Part shown: one piece after another, positions 39,836 to 49,438 of the stretch
Numbering within the stretch: the stretch's first letter is position 1
Layout of the letters: every line of letters begins with the position of its first letter
Source of the DNA: an uncultured Planctomycetota bacterium
Lineage (GTDB): Bacteria; Planctomycetota; PLA2; JAEUHO01
DNA length: 64,000 bases
Assembly: GCA_963752285.1 (NCBI GenBank)
Contig: CAVVXN010000003.1
Coordinates: 288,001-352,000, forward strand
Reading direction: 5' to 3'
The notes under the pieces: generated by a model
What the model was told of the DNA's origin: nothing
The model's input: the letters and a program-made list of their open reading frames with translations, nothing else
Databases searched by the model: none
Translations under genes and position numbers: made by a program

Positions 39836-40505
39836 CTTCGCCTCCTCGGGGGCGGCTCTTCAGCAGCCCGAGCGCGCGCGCGAAGACGGCGTTGGCCGTC
39901 GCGGCCTTCGTCCGCGAAGGGAGGGGTTCGGGCGGACCTTCGCGCGGCACCCAGACCACGGGCCCGCCGCCCCGGTCGAAGCTCGCGGGCGTGTTCCACA
40001 CGATCGCGTCGAAGCGCTTCTTCGACATCTTGGCCCGCGCGCGGGCGAGGCCGGGCTTCGTCTCGAGCGAAAAGCCGACGTGCACGCGTCCGTGCTTCGT
40101 CCGGCCGAGCGCCGCGGCCACGTCGTCCGTCGGGACGAGGTCCAAGGTGAACGCGCCGCCCTCGCGGGGCGGCTTTCCCTTCCGACGTCGGCGGGGCCGC
40201 CAGTCGGACGGCGCGGCGGCGAAGAGCACGAGGTCGGCGTCCTCGGACGCGGCCCGCGCGGCCTCTAGCAGCTCCCTCGTCGTCGTGACGTCCACCACGC
40301 GAACGCCCGCGGGGACGGGCAGGGTCCCGGGTCCCCGCACGAGCACGACCCTTGCGCCGAGACGCGCGGCCTCGCGCGCGAGGAGGTGCCCCATCCGTCC
40401 CGTGGAGGGGTTCGAGAGGAACCGCACGTCGTCGAGCGGCTCGCGCGTGGGGCCCGCCGTGACCAGGACGCGGACCCCGCGTGCGGACCTCGTGCCTCGC
40501 GCCAT
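39828..40505 (-). CDS. coaB: Phosphopantothenate--cysteine ligase (stand-alone CoaB/DFP domain)
   Basis: VLVTAGPTREPLDDVRFLSNPSTGRMG, AAAPSDWRP and VGFSLET motifs. No CoaC flavoprotein domain. Confidence 0.88.
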   Translation of the reverse strand: MARGTRSARGVRVLVTAGPTREPLDDVRFLSNPSTGRMGHLLAREAARLGARVVLVRGPGTLPVPAGVRVVDVTTTRELLEAARAASEDADLVLFAAAPSDWRPRRRRKGKPPREGGAFTLDLVPTDDVAAALGRTKHGRVHVGFSLETKPGLARARAKMSKKRFDAIVWNTPASFDRGGGPVVWVPREGPPEPLPSRTKAATANAVFARALGLLKSRPRGGEGD

Positions 40506-40543
40506 GCCCCGAGGGTACCCGCGCGCGGGGTAGCATGCGGCCG

Positions 40544-42193
40544 ATGAGCGAGCCCGAGTCGGTCCCGAACGACGTGGCGGCACCGCCCGGCCCCGCTGCG
40601 GTCGAGGCCCGGATCCCGATCGAGGCGCTCATCGCGGCGCTCTCGCGTCCCGAGGCCTTCGGCGTCGAGGGCCCCGTCGAGGTCGTGCAGACCCACGTGA
40701 GCGCCGTCTTCCTCGCGGGCGACCGCGCCTACAAGGTGAAGAAGCCGATCCGCCTCTGGGGCTTCCTCGACTACGGGACGGTCGCCGTGCGCGAGCACTG
40801 GTGCGAGACGGAGGTCCGTCTCAACCGGCGCCTCGCGCCGGACGTGTACCTCGGCGTCGAGCCGATCGTCCGGCGCGCGGACGGCGCGATCCGCGTGGGG
40901 GGGCCCGGCGACGTGCTCGACCACGCCGTCGTGATGCGCCGCTGGGCTCCCGGCTCGACGTACCTCGACCGCCTCCGCGCCGGGACCCTCGCCCCCGAGG
41001 ACGTGCGCGCCGCGGCGCGGGTCCTCGCCTCGTTCCACGGCCGGTGCCGCCTCGCGCCCGAGGACGCGGGCTTCGCCCGGCCGTCGGGCATCGGCCGGGT
41101 GGTCCGCCAGAACTTCCTCTCCACGCGCCGGGAAGTCCCCGAGCTCTTCCCCGCCGCGGTCCACGAGGGCATCGCGCGGCGCACGGCGGGGCGGCTGTGC
41201 GCGGTGCGCGGACTCGTGCGCGCGCGGGTGGCGGCAGGCCGCATGGTGGACGGACACGGCGACGTCCGGCTCGAGCACGTCCTCTCGCGCGACGGACGGG
41301 TCGAGATCGTGGACGCGATCGAGTTCTCCGAGTGGATCCGCCACGTGGACCCGCTGAACGACATGGCCTTCCTCTCGATGGACCTGACGGACCAGGGCCG
41401 ACCCGACCTCGCGCGCGTGCTGGAGGCGAGCTATCTCGAGCACGCCGGCGAGGACGAAGCGGTGGCCGCGGCGCTCCTGCCCCTGTACCGCGCGTACCGC
41501 GCGCACGTCCGGGCGAAGGTGGACGCGCAGACCTACCGTTCGCCCGAGGTGCCCGAGGCCGTTCGCCGTGAGAAGGCCGTCGGCGCGCGGCGGTACCTCG
41601 CGCTCGCCTGGCGCTACGCACGCGAGGGCGAGACCCCGCCCGTCGTCGTGCTGCGCGGACCCTCCGGCGTGGGGAAGAGCGTCCTCGCGAGCCGCGTCGC
41701 GCCGCTCCTCGACGCCGGCGTCGTACGAAGCGACGTGGTCCGGAAGGAGCTCGCGGGCCTCGGCCCGACCGACCGCGTCGAGGGCGCGGCGGTGGCCGCG
41801 CTCTACGGCCGCGCGATGTCGGAACGCACGTACGCGCGCCTCATCGAGCGCGCCGAGGAGGTCGTGGAGGCCGGTCGGGCGGCGATCCTGGACGCCACGT
41901 ACCTCCGTCGGGACGCCCGGCTCGACGCGCGGATGCTCGCGCGGCGCCTCGGCGCGCCGTTCGCGATCGTGGACGTGACGGCGAACGACGCGGAGGTCCG
42001 GAGGCGGCTGTCGGCGCGCACGGCCGCGGCGACGGACGCGAGCGACGCCGACGCGTCGGTCTACGAGATGCAGCTCCGAGAGGCCGAGGCGATCACGGAG
42101 GACGAACGGGCGTTCACCGTGCCGTACGACTCGGAACGCCCCGCCGAGACGGCCCTGCTCCCCCTCCTGGAGGTCCTCGAGCGGGGACCGTAG
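40544..42193 (+). CDS. Bifunctional APH-like kinase / AAA_33 P-loop protein
   Basis: QTHVS.VFL.G..AYKVKKP, LNRRLAP, HGD.RLEH, DAIEF, Walker A GPSGVGKS and ILDATY motifs. Confidence 0.9.
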   Translation: MSEPESVPNDVAAPPGPAAVEARIPIEALIAALSRPEAFGVEGPVEVVQTHVSAVFLAGDRAYKVKKPIRLWGFLDYGTVAVREHWCETEVRLNRRLAPDVYLGVEPIVRRADGAIRVGGPGDVLDHAVVMRRWAPGSTYLDRLRAGTLAPEDVRAAARVLASFHGRCRLAPEDAGFARPSGIGRVVRQNFLSTRREVPELFPAAVHEGIARRTAGRLCAVRGLVRARVAAGRMVDGHGDVRLEHVLSRDGRVEIVDAIEFSEWIRHVDPLNDMAFLSMDLTDQGRPDLARVLEASYLEHAGEDEAVAAALLPLYRAYRAHVRAKVDAQTYRSPEVPEAVRREKAVGARRYLALAWRYAREGETPPVVVLRGPSGVGKSVLASRVAPLLDAGVVRSDVVRKELAGLGPTDRVEGAAVAALYGRAMSERTYARLIERAEEVVEAGRAAILDATYLRRDARLDARMLARRLGAPFAIVDVTANDAEVRRRLSARTAAATDASDADASVYEMQLREAEAITEDERAFTVPYDSERPAETALLPLLEVLERGP

Positions 42194-42199
42194 CGGCGA

Positions 42200-42844
42200 C
42201 TAGACGCGCGACCCGAGGTCCGTCAGGAGCTGCGCGAGGTCGTCGGCGTGCTCCTCCTCCTGCGCCAGGATCGACTCGAGCATCCGCCTCGTCGTGGAGT
42301 CCTTGTCGCCGATGAAGGCGATCATCTCGCCGTACGACTCGATGGCGATCCGCTCGGCGACCAGGTCCTCGCGGAGCATCTCCTCGAGATTGCTTCCCTC
42401 CACGTACTCGGCGTGGCTCCGCGTGAGGATCCCCTCGGGCGAGAAGTTCGGCTCGCCGCCGAGCTGCGTGATCCGGCCTGCGATCTGGTCCGCGTGAACC
42501 TGCTCGTCGTTCGCGTGCTGCAGGAACTCCTGCGCCGCCACGTCGCCGCGCACGCCCTGCGCCATGAAGTAGTGGCGCTTGTAGCGGAGCACGCACACGA
42601 TCTCGGTGGCGAGCGCCTCGTTCAGCAGCCTCAGGACGACGGGGCGGTCCGCGCGGTAGCCCTCGATGACCGCGCCCTCCTCCATGTGCCTCCGGGCCCG
42701 CGCGCGGATCGCCTGGATGTCGGAGACGAACGCGCCGACCGGCGCCTCGTGCCCGGTCGTCGCCGCCTGCGCCCGGCCGGCCTTCCCCGCGTCCTTCTTC
42801 CCGTCCCTCTTCGCGTGCTTCGCGCCGTCGTGATGCTTGCTCAT
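42200..42844 (-). CDS. Ferritin-like di-iron protein (bacterioferritin/DpsL-like)
   Basis: LNEALATEIVCVLRYKRHY, EQVHAD, EDLVAERIAIESY and EEEHADDL motifs. Confidence 0.9.
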   Translation of the reverse strand: MSKHHDGAKHAKRDGKKDAGKAGRAQAATTGHEAPVGAFVSDIQAIRARARRHMEEGAVIEGYRADRPVVLRLLNEALATEIVCVLRYKRHYFMAQGVRGDVAAQEFLQHANDEQVHADQIAGRITQLGGEPNFSPEGILTRSHAEYVEGSNLEEMLREDLVAERIAIESYGEMIAFIGDKDSTTRRMLESILAQEEEHADDLAQLLTDLGSRV

Positions 42845-42904
42845 GACCCGCCTCCGCCGGCACCGGGACCCGTGCGCCCAGGATCGTCGCCGGACCGGCC
42901 CAGC

Positions 42905-43672
42905 CTACGCGCGCGCGAGGGCCTCGAAGAGGTCGCCGAGCGGCGGCGCGAACGCCTCGCCGAGGAGGTCGTAGCGCTCGACGGGCGGGCGGAAGACCCG
43001 GCCGCCGGGGTCGCCCTCCACCAGCGTGACCATCGCGTCGTGGACGCGGAGACACGCCTCCTTCGCCTCCGCCTCGGTGGGAGAGAGGTCGAGCACGACG
43101 TCGATCTCCGCCTCGGGCGTGGGGAAGAGCAGGCGCGGGCGGAGCGCCTCGGCCGTCTCCGGCGGGTACGCGACCATGGCGAGGCGGGGCGCGGGAGCCG
43201 CCTGCTCGATCGCCCGCCGGACCGCCCAGTGCGTCGCCACGTGGTCGGCGTGTCCGTTCACGCCGCGCGGGTCGTGGGCGAGCACGACGTGCGGGCGAAA
43301 GCACCGGACCGCGCGGAGCACGGGCGCCGCGACCCGCTCCAGCGGCTCGCGCGCGAGGCGACCGTCGGGGAGGCCGGGCAGGAGCAGCGCGTCGAGTCTC
43401 ACGATCTCGCCTACGCGCACGAGGCGCGCCTCGCGCCGCGCGGCGATCTCGTTCCTCGTGAGGCCCTCCCGCGCCATCACCGACGACGCCTCGCCGCGGG
43501 TCAAGCAGAGGAGCGCGACCGCGGCGCCCGGATCGGCGCCCGCCCGCGCGAGCGCCCCCGCCGAGCCGTACGCCTCGTCGTCGGGGTGCGCGAACACGGC
43601 GAGGAGGCGCCTCGCCCGCGTGCCGGCGATCCGGGCGAGCGTCGCGTCGTCGGGGTTCACCAGGGTCGTCAT
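42905..43672 (-). CDS. PIG-L family deacetylase
   Basis: AVFAHPDDE, TRGE and GHADH motifs. Confidence 0.9.
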   Translation of the reverse strand: MTTLVNPDDATLARIAGTRARRLLAVFAHPDDEAYGSAGALARAGADPGAAVALLCLTRGEASSVMAREGLTRNEIAARREARLVRVGEIVRLDALLLPGLPDGRLAREPLERVAAPVLRAVRCFRPHVVLAHDPRGVNGHADHVATHWAVRRAIEQAAPAPRLAMVAYPPETAEALRPRLLFPTPEAEIDVVLDLSPTEAEAKEACLRVHDAMVTLVEGDPGGRVFRPPVERYDLLGEAFAPPLGDLFEALARA

Positions 43673-43712
43673 GGCGGCTCGTGGGGGGAGGTCCGGGAGG
43701 CGCCCGGCGGGC

Positions 43713-44783
43713 TCATGCCGGGAGCTGCTGGCTCAGGCAGTGGAGGGCGCCCAGCCCCTCGACGACGCGCGTCGAGCACAGCCCGACCACGTCGCGACCG
43801 GGGAACGCGCGGCGCAGGGTCCGTAGCGCCTTCTCGTCCTTCCGGCCGCCGAACGTGGGGACGACCACGGTGCAGTTCGCGACGTAGAAGTTCGCGTAGG
43901 AGGCCGGGAGACGGCGGCCGTCCCGGCCGAAGAGGGGGTCGGGCATCGGGAGCGTCCCGACCTCGAGCGGCACGCCGTCCTGGTCGGCCATCGAGCGAAG
44001 TCGCCTCGCGTCGTCCGCGAGCGGAGCGTGGTTGAGGTCCGACGGGTCGTCCTCCTGCGCCACCAGCACGTGCCGCGGGCCGACGAACCGGGCGACGTCG
44101 TCCACGTGCCCGTCGGTGTCGTCGCCCGCGATGCCCTCGCCGAGCCAGAGCACGTGCGTCGCGCCGAGCGTCTCGCGGAGCACCTGCTCGATCTCGGTGT
44201 CGAGGAGCGCCGGGTTCCGGTTGGGGTTCTTGAGGCACTGCGCGCTCGTGAGCAGCGTGCCGCGGCCGTTGCCGTCGATGCTCCCCCCTTCGAGAACGAC
44301 GTCCACGCGCCGCGTCGGCAGACCGTGGATGCCCTGGATCCGCCGCGGGACCCCGTCGTCGGGGACCAGGTCCGGGTACTTCCCGCCCCAGGCGTTGAAC
44401 CGGAAGTCGAGCGCGAGGCGCTCGCGTGTGCGGCCCCGGCCGCGGGCCACGACGATCGGGCCGTAGTCGCGGATCCAGGCGTCGTGCGTCGCGACGCGGT
44501 GGATCCGGACGCGGCGCGCCCCCGCCTCGGCGAGGCGGAGACGGGCCCGCGCCTCCACGGCGGCGTCCCTCGCGAGGACGTGCACCGTCTCGCCGCGGCC
44601 CACGGCCTTCGCGAAGAGCGCGAACACGCCCTCCACCTCCGCGAGGCCGTCGGCCCACGTCACCGGGTCGTGCGGCCACGCGAGCCAGGTCGCCTCGTGA
44701 CGCTCCCACTCGGCCGGCCACCGGTAGCCGAGCGCGCGCGGCGTGGGCCGCGCGAGACGGGCGCCCGTCCGTTCAGCGGCCAC
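43713..44783 (-). CDS. aguA: Agmatine deiminase
   Basis: PAEWE.H.ATWLAWP, DAWIRDYGP, FNAWGGKY, LEGGSI, DDTDGHVDD, SYANF and GALHC motifs. Confidence 0.93.
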   Translation of the reverse strand: MAAERTGARLARPTPRALGYRWPAEWERHEATWLAWPHDPVTWADGLAEVEGVFALFAKAVGRGETVHVLARDAAVEARARLRLAEAGARRVRIHRVATHDAWIRDYGPIVVARGRGRTRERLALDFRFNAWGGKYPDLVPDDGVPRRIQGIHGLPTRRVDVVLEGGSIDGNGRGTLLTSAQCLKNPNRNPALLDTEIEQVLRETLGATHVLWLGEGIAGDDTDGHVDDVARFVGPRHVLVAQEDDPSDLNHAPLADDARRLRSMADQDGVPLEVGTLPMPDPLFGRDGRRLPASYANFYVANCTVVVPTFGGRKDEKALRTLRRAFPGRDVVGLCSTRVVEGLGALHCLSQQLPA

Positions 44784-45660
44784 CGGCGTCGCCGTCCCGG
44801 TAGCGGCGGAGCAGGTCGCCGTACGCGTCGATCCTCCGGTCGCGGAGGAAGGGCCAGCCGCGCCGCGCGCGGTCCACCGCGGTCATGTCGAGGTCGAGCA
44901 CGAGCACGGCCTCGTCCTCGCCCGCCTCCGCGAGGACCCGGCCGTCGGGCGCGACGACGAACGAGTGGCCCCAGAACCGGAGCTCGCCCTCCTGGCCGAC
45001 GCGGTTCACGGCCGCGACGTAGACGCCGTTCTCGATCGCGTGGGCGCGCTGGACCGTCCGCCACGCGTCCCGCTGCGTCTCGAGGAGGTCGAGCTCGCCC
45101 GTCCAGGTCCCGATGGCGGTCGGGAACACGAGCAGCTCCGCGCCCGCCAAGGTGACGAGGCGGGCCGCCTCCGGGTACCACTGGTCCCAGCACACGAGTG
45201 GGCCCACCCGGCAGCCGGGGCCGTCGAACGCGACGAATCCGAGGTCGCCGGGCGCGAAGTAGAACTTCTCGTAGAACCGCGGGTCGTCGGGCACGTGCAT
45301 CTTGCGGTAGAGGCCCGCGACCCGGCCGTCGGGACCGATCAGGACCGCCGTGTTGTGGTGGAGCCCGGCCGCGCGCCGCTCGAACAGGCTCGCGAGGACC
45401 GTGACACCCCGTGCCTTCGCGAACGCCGAGAGCGCCTCGGTCGTGGGCCCCGGGATCGGCTCGGCGAGGTCGAAGCACCGGGCGTCCTCGACCTGGCAGA
45501 AGTAGGGCGTGCGGAACAGCTCCTGCGTCGCGAGGAGCGTCGCGCCGCCGTCCGCGGCGCGACCGAGCAGGCCGAGGGTGCGGTCGAGGTTGTCCACCGC
45601 GTCCTCGGACGCGTGGGTCTGGACCAGGCCGACCCGGACGGGTGCGCGGCTCTCCTGCAT
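44773..45660 (-). CDS. aguB: N-carbamoylputrescine amidase (carbon-nitrogen hydrolase)
   Basis: QELF, YRKMHVPDDPRFYEKFYF.PGDLG, VCWDQWYPE and WPFLRDRR motifs. Adjacent to aguA. Confidence 0.92.
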   Translation of the reverse strand: MQESRAPVRVGLVQTHASEDAVDNLDRTLGLLGRAADGGATLLATQELFRTPYFCQVEDARCFDLAEPIPGPTTEALSAFAKARGVTVLASLFERRAAGLHHNTAVLIGPDGRVAGLYRKMHVPDDPRFYEKFYFAPGDLGFVAFDGPGCRVGPLVCWDQWYPEAARLVTLAGAELLVFPTAIGTWTGELDLLETQRDAWRTVQRAHAIENGVYVAAVNRVGQEGELRFWGHSFVVAPDGRVLAEAGEDEAVLVLDLDMTAVDRARRGWPFLRDRRIDAYGDLLRRYRDGDAGGR

Positions 45661-45701
45661 CGACGACCTCCCGGGGCGCGTTGTACCCCGCCGCGTTCCC
45701 C

Positions 45702-46199
45702 TCAGGCTCGGCCGAGCGAGGGGAGGATGCCCGGGAGGAACGACGGGTCCACGATCCGGATCGCGAGGAGGAGCCCCACGAGGCCCGCCGCGAGGATCAG
45801 GAAGACGTCCACCGCGAAGAGGGTCTGCACGAGGAGCCAGGCGAGGTCCAGGAGGAACGACAGCGGCAGCAGGAGGACCCGCGTCGCGAGGCCCTTCTGC
45901 CGCCAGCGCGCGCCCACGTCCCGGAGGCCCGACGAGGCGTGGTGGAACGCGGGCAGGGCGCCCCAGGCGAGGACGGCCATGGCCGCGAACGCCGCGCCCG
46001 CGGCCAGGGCGCGGCCGCCCGCGCCCGGCGGGATCTTCTCGAGGAGGCGCGCGCGGTCGTCGGCCGGCATGAGCAGGAGGTAGCCCGCGGCCCCGGCCGG
46101 GACGACGCTCGCGAGGAGGAAGACGCCGAGGCCGCCCCGCCCGCGCCCCCGGGGCCGGCGCGCGCGGCGATCGCCCTTCGGCGTGCGGTCAGCGCCCAC
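45702..46199 (-). CDS. Hypothetical multi-pass membrane protein
   Basis: Three to four hydrophobic segments. The GTG start overlaps the upstream stop. Confidence 0.65.
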   Translation of the reverse strand: MGADRTPKGDRRARRPRGRGRGGLGVFLLASVVPAGAAGYLLLMPADDRARLLEKIPPGAGGRALAAGAAFAAMAVLAWGALPAFHHASSGLRDVGARWRQKGLATRVLLLPLSFLLDLAWLLVQTLFAVDVFLILAAGLVGLLLAIRIVDPSFLPGILPSLGRA

Positions 46200-47265
46200 C
46201 CGAGAGCACCTCGCCCCGTACGTGGATCTCCGTCGTCTCCTCGCCCGGCACCTCGCTCTTGACCAGCACCGTGTCGTCGATCGGTCCCTTCGGCGCAGTC
46301 GCGGGGACCGAGAGCACGACGCGCCACCAGCCGTCGTGGTCGGGGTCCTTCTCCGCGCGGGCGGTGACCCGCGTGCTCTCGGTGGCCACCGACACGGCCC
46401 CGAGGTGGGTCTTCTCGTCGTACGGCCGGACGAGCACCGTCGTGGTTCGCTCGCCACCCTTGGGGATCCAGCCGAGCTCGACCCGCCTCGTCTGCACCCA
46501 CACGCGGCCCGTCACGTTCGCGGTGAGCGGCACGAGGATGCGCGGGTAGTCCGGGTGGTCGGTCGTGACGAGGGCCGTGGCGGAGAGCATCCCGAGCGGC
46601 GGCGGCTTCTTGAACGCGATCGTGATCTCGGTCCCCTTCCAGGGACCGTCCTCGTACGGCGCGGTCGAGATCTCGAAGTCCTGGCCCGGTACCTCCACCT
46701 TGTTCACCTGAAACGGGTGGCCCGCGCCCTCGTGCCACTTGAGCACGATCTTGCCCTTCGGCTCGGTGCCGACGAGGACGTCCCCGAACCACAGGTGTCC
46801 CGGCTCGACCACGATGCCGTCGATGACGTCGAGGTGGAGCCGGACCATCACGCCGTGGAGCGGCCCCCCCTCGTAGTACACGCGGAGCCGTTTCGTCACG
46901 CTCCCGCTGAACTTGAGCGTTCGAAACGAGATCGAGAGCGCGCCGGTCTCGCCGGGGTCGAGGGCGTCCTTCGAGAGCGAGATCCCGTAGCAGCCGCAGT
47001 CGCCCACGGCCTTGAGCCCGGTGATGCGGGCGTCGCCGGCGTTTCGGTACGTGAGGGACGCCGCGAGGTCCTGCTCCTGCGCCGCGCGCCCGAAGTCGTG
47101 CCGCCAGGAGCCGTCGGGGGCCGCCTCGACCCCGTCGAAGACCAGCGCCGCGCTCTCGTCCGCGAGCGCCGGACCCAGCCCCGCGCCGCCGCCGACCGCC
47201 ACCGCGAGAAGCGAGGCGAGCACGGTCCAGAACGCGCGAGCGAGAGGCGTCACGGGCCCGAGCAT
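46189..47265 (-). CDS. DUF1573-like Ig-fold exported protein
   Basis: HDFG, YRNAGD..I......CGC and LDPGETG.L motifs, followed by further Ig-like repeats. Confidence 0.82.
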   Translation of the reverse strand: MLGPVTPLARAFWTVLASLLAVAVGGGAGLGPALADESAALVFDGVEAAPDGSWRHDFGRAAQEQDLAASLTYRNAGDARITGLKAVGDCGCYGISLSKDALDPGETGALSISFRTLKFSGSVTKRLRVYYEGGPLHGVMVRLHLDVIDGIVVEPGHLWFGDVLVGTEPKGKIVLKWHEGAGHPFQVNKVEVPGQDFEISTAPYEDGPWKGTEITIAFKKPPPLGMLSATALVTTDHPDYPRILVPLTANVTGRVWVQTRRVELGWIPKGGERTTTVLVRPYDEKTHLGAVSVATESTRVTARAEKDPDHDGWWRVVLSVPATAPKGPIDDTVLVKSEVPGEETTEIHVRGEVLSGGR

Positions 47266-47360
47266 AGCGCGCCCCACGGCTACGCCGGGAAGGACCTCCG
47301 GGCCGGCGTCGTCCCTTCCCGGGGCGGATCTCGCCCCGTCGCGGGGTACCTTTCCTCCCC

Positions 47361-48317
47361 ATGCGCGCACTCGTGACCGGAGGAGCCGGGTTCGTCGGGG
47401 GGCACCTCGCCCGCGCCCTCCTCGCCGCGGGCTTCGAGGTCGAGGTGCTGGACGACCTCTCGACCGGGCGCCGGGATCGCGTGCCGAGCGGGGCCCGGTG
47501 GACCCCCGCCGACGTCCGCGACGTCGCCGCGGTCGAGGACGCCGTGTCGCGCGCGGACCTCGTGCTCCACCTGGCCGCCGCCGTCGGTGCCGAGATGGTC
47601 GCGCGGGACCCCGCGGGCACGTGGTCGCGAAACGTCCTCGGCACGGCGGCCGTGCTCGACGGGTGCGCGCGGTACGGGCGCCGGGTCCTCCTCGCGTCGA
47701 GCAGCGAGGTGTACGGGCTCGGGGCGCGCCCGCCGTTTCGCGAGGACGACCCGGCCGCCCTCCTCCCGACGGGGCGGCGCGACGTCTACGCCGTCTCGAA
47801 GGTCGCGGGCGAGGCGTACGCGCTCGCGCTCTGCCGGACCCGGCTCCTCCCCGTCACGGTGGTCCGTCTCTTCAACGTGGTGGGGCCCGGGCAGTCCGGA
47901 CGCTACGGCATGGTCCTGCCGCGCTTCGTCGAGGCGGCGCGCGCGGGCCGTCCGCTGACGGTGTACGGCGACGGGTCGCAGCGGCGCTGCTTCCTCCACG
48001 TGGACGACGCCGTCCGCGCGCTGCTGGCCCTCGCCTGCGAGGCGCGCGCGGAGGGCGAGGTGGTCAACGTGGGCAGCCGAGAGGAGGTCTCGATCCTCGC
48101 GCTCGCGCGCCTCGTGCTCGAGGAGGCGGGCGGCGGCGACGACGTGGAATTCGTCCCGTTCGAGCGCGTCTACGGCGAGGGGTTCGTCGATCCCCCGCGG
48201 CGGGTGCCCGACGTGTCGCGACTGGAGTCCCTCGTCGGCTTCGCACCGCGGCGGTCGGTCCGCGACGCCGTGCGGGACCTGCTCCAGCGCCCCGTCCCCG
48301 AGCGGATCTGCGAGTAG
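47361..48317 (+). CDS. NAD-dependent nucleotide-sugar epimerase/dehydratase
   Basis: LVTGGAGFVG, LAAAVG, ASSSEVYG, YAVSK, RLFNVVGPGQ and VYGDGSQRRCF motifs. Confidence 0.93.
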   Translation: MRALVTGGAGFVGGHLARALLAAGFEVEVLDDLSTGRRDRVPSGARWTPADVRDVAAVEDAVSRADLVLHLAAAVGAEMVARDPAGTWSRNVLGTAAVLDGCARYGRRVLLASSSEVYGLGARPPFREDDPAALLPTGRRDVYAVSKVAGEAYALALCRTRLLPVTVVRLFNVVGPGQSGRYGMVLPRFVEAARAGRPLTVYGDGSQRRCFLHVDDAVRALLALACEARAEGEVVNVGSREEVSILALARLVLEEAGGGDDVEFVPFERVYGEGFVDPPRRVPDVSRLESLVGFAPRRSVRDAVRDLLQRPVPERICE

Positions 48318-48358
48318 GCGGAGCGGGTCCGCCGCGCGCCGCGCCGGCACGGCGGGGG

Positions 48359-48826
48359 TCAGGACGCGCCGGCCCCCGCGTCCGTCGCCGGGAGCAGACC
48401 GCCGAAGCTGTCGGCGATTGCGCGCAGGATGCAGCGGTCCACCTCGCCGAACGCGCACGCGTCGGGCGATGACAGCGTCAGGAGCCCGACCGTCCGCCCC
48501 ATCGACCGGATGCGCACGACGAGGTGGCTCTCCCTCTCCCGGCCCGCGTCGTCCGCGTCGCCCACAGCGTCGGGGCGGGGGGTGACGGCGTCCTTGTCCT
48601 CCTCCACGACCCGTTCGAGGACGCCCCGCTCGCCCTCCGCCTCCGCGCCGCGCGCGGGTCCCGCCGCCAGCTCCTGTCCCCGGCGCCACCAGATCGCGAG
48701 CCGGCGGGCGCGCGGCACCGCTTCCTCGAGCTTCTCGATCAACGTCGCGCCGAGCGCCTCCGGGTCCGAGGTCTCGAGCGCCTTCGCCTGAAGCGCTTGC
48801 AGCACGGCGGACGCGTCGCACGACAT
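48359..48826 (-). CDS. Small GAF-domain protein
   Basis: G..G...V, SHLVVRI...GRTVGLLTLSS....AF.EVD..IL..IA pattern. Confidence 0.7.
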   Translation of the reverse strand: MSCDASAVLQALQAKALETSDPEALGATLIEKLEEAVPRARRLAIWWRRGQELAAGPARGAEAEGERGVLERVVEEDKDAVTPRPDAVGDADDAGRERESHLVVRIRSMGRTVGLLTLSSPDACAFGEVDRCILRAIADSFGGLLPATDAGAGAS

Positions 48827-48950
48827 GTGGGAATTCTAGCCCGCAAGGCCCATGAACCGGCGCGAATCGCGCGCCCCTGGACACGCGAGGACCTCGACGA
48901 GAGCCGCCCGGCTCGGGCCGCGGCCTCCCGCGCGGACGGCGGGCCGAGAC

Positions 48951-48987
48951 GAAAGAAGGGCGTCGCACACGGGTGCGACGCCCTTCT
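48951..48987 (-). terminator. Intrinsic terminator downstream of the histone gene
   Basis: Perfect 15-bp stem AGAAGGGCGTCGCAC / GTGCGACGCCCTTCT with a 4-nt loop. The minus strand ends in ...TTCTTTC. Confidence 0.75.
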
Positions 48988-49092
48988 CGATCGACAGGTC
49001 TCGGGGTCGGGCCTCGCGGGCCGGGGCCGCGCAGGATCGTGCGCGGCGCGCCGACGTCGCCAGCGACCCGGAACCGAGCCGTGCGTGTCCGG

Positions 49093-49329
49093 CTACAGGT
49101 CCTGGGGCCGGACGGTGCCGCGGTTGTTCGCCGAGCAGCGATGGACCGCGGCGGCGATCATGTCGTGCACCTTCGCGTTCAGCGCGTCGCCGAAGTCGCC
49201 GGCCATGCGCACGCCGCGCGACTTGATGGCTTCCTTCACCTTCGACGCGACGACGACGTTGGACGCCGGCTTGGCGCGTCCCGCCTTGCGCGCGGCCTTC
49301 TTCGCGGTCTTCTTCTTCCTTGCGGCCAT
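49093..49329 (-). CDS. Bacterial histone-fold protein with basic N-terminal tail
   Basis: VVASKVKEAIKSRG.RMAGDFGDALNAKV..MIAAAV.RC.AN.RGTVRPQDL matches the histone-fold pattern of Bdellovibrio/Leptospira-type bacterial histones (VVxSKVK start, RxTV..xD end). AGGAGG RBS. Confidence 0.88.
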   Translation of the reverse strand: MAARKKKTAKKAARKAGRAKPASNVVVASKVKEAIKSRGVRMAGDFGDALNAKVHDMIAAAVHRCSANNRGTVRPQDL

Positions 49330-49429
49330 GAGCTGTCTGCCTCCTGTGGGGACAAGCCGGCTCCGAGAGCCGGACCATCGGGTGTGAAATACCGGGCGTA
49401 AACCTGCCCTGGAACCCGTTCGTTGCTGG

Positions 49430-49438
49430 AATCTACCA
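49430..49438 (-). promoter_or_regulatory. Putative extended -10 promoter (TGgTAGATT) of the histone gene
   Basis: Minus strand reads TTGGTAGATT, about 100 nt upstream of the ATG in a relatively AT-rich spacer. Confidence 0.4.
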
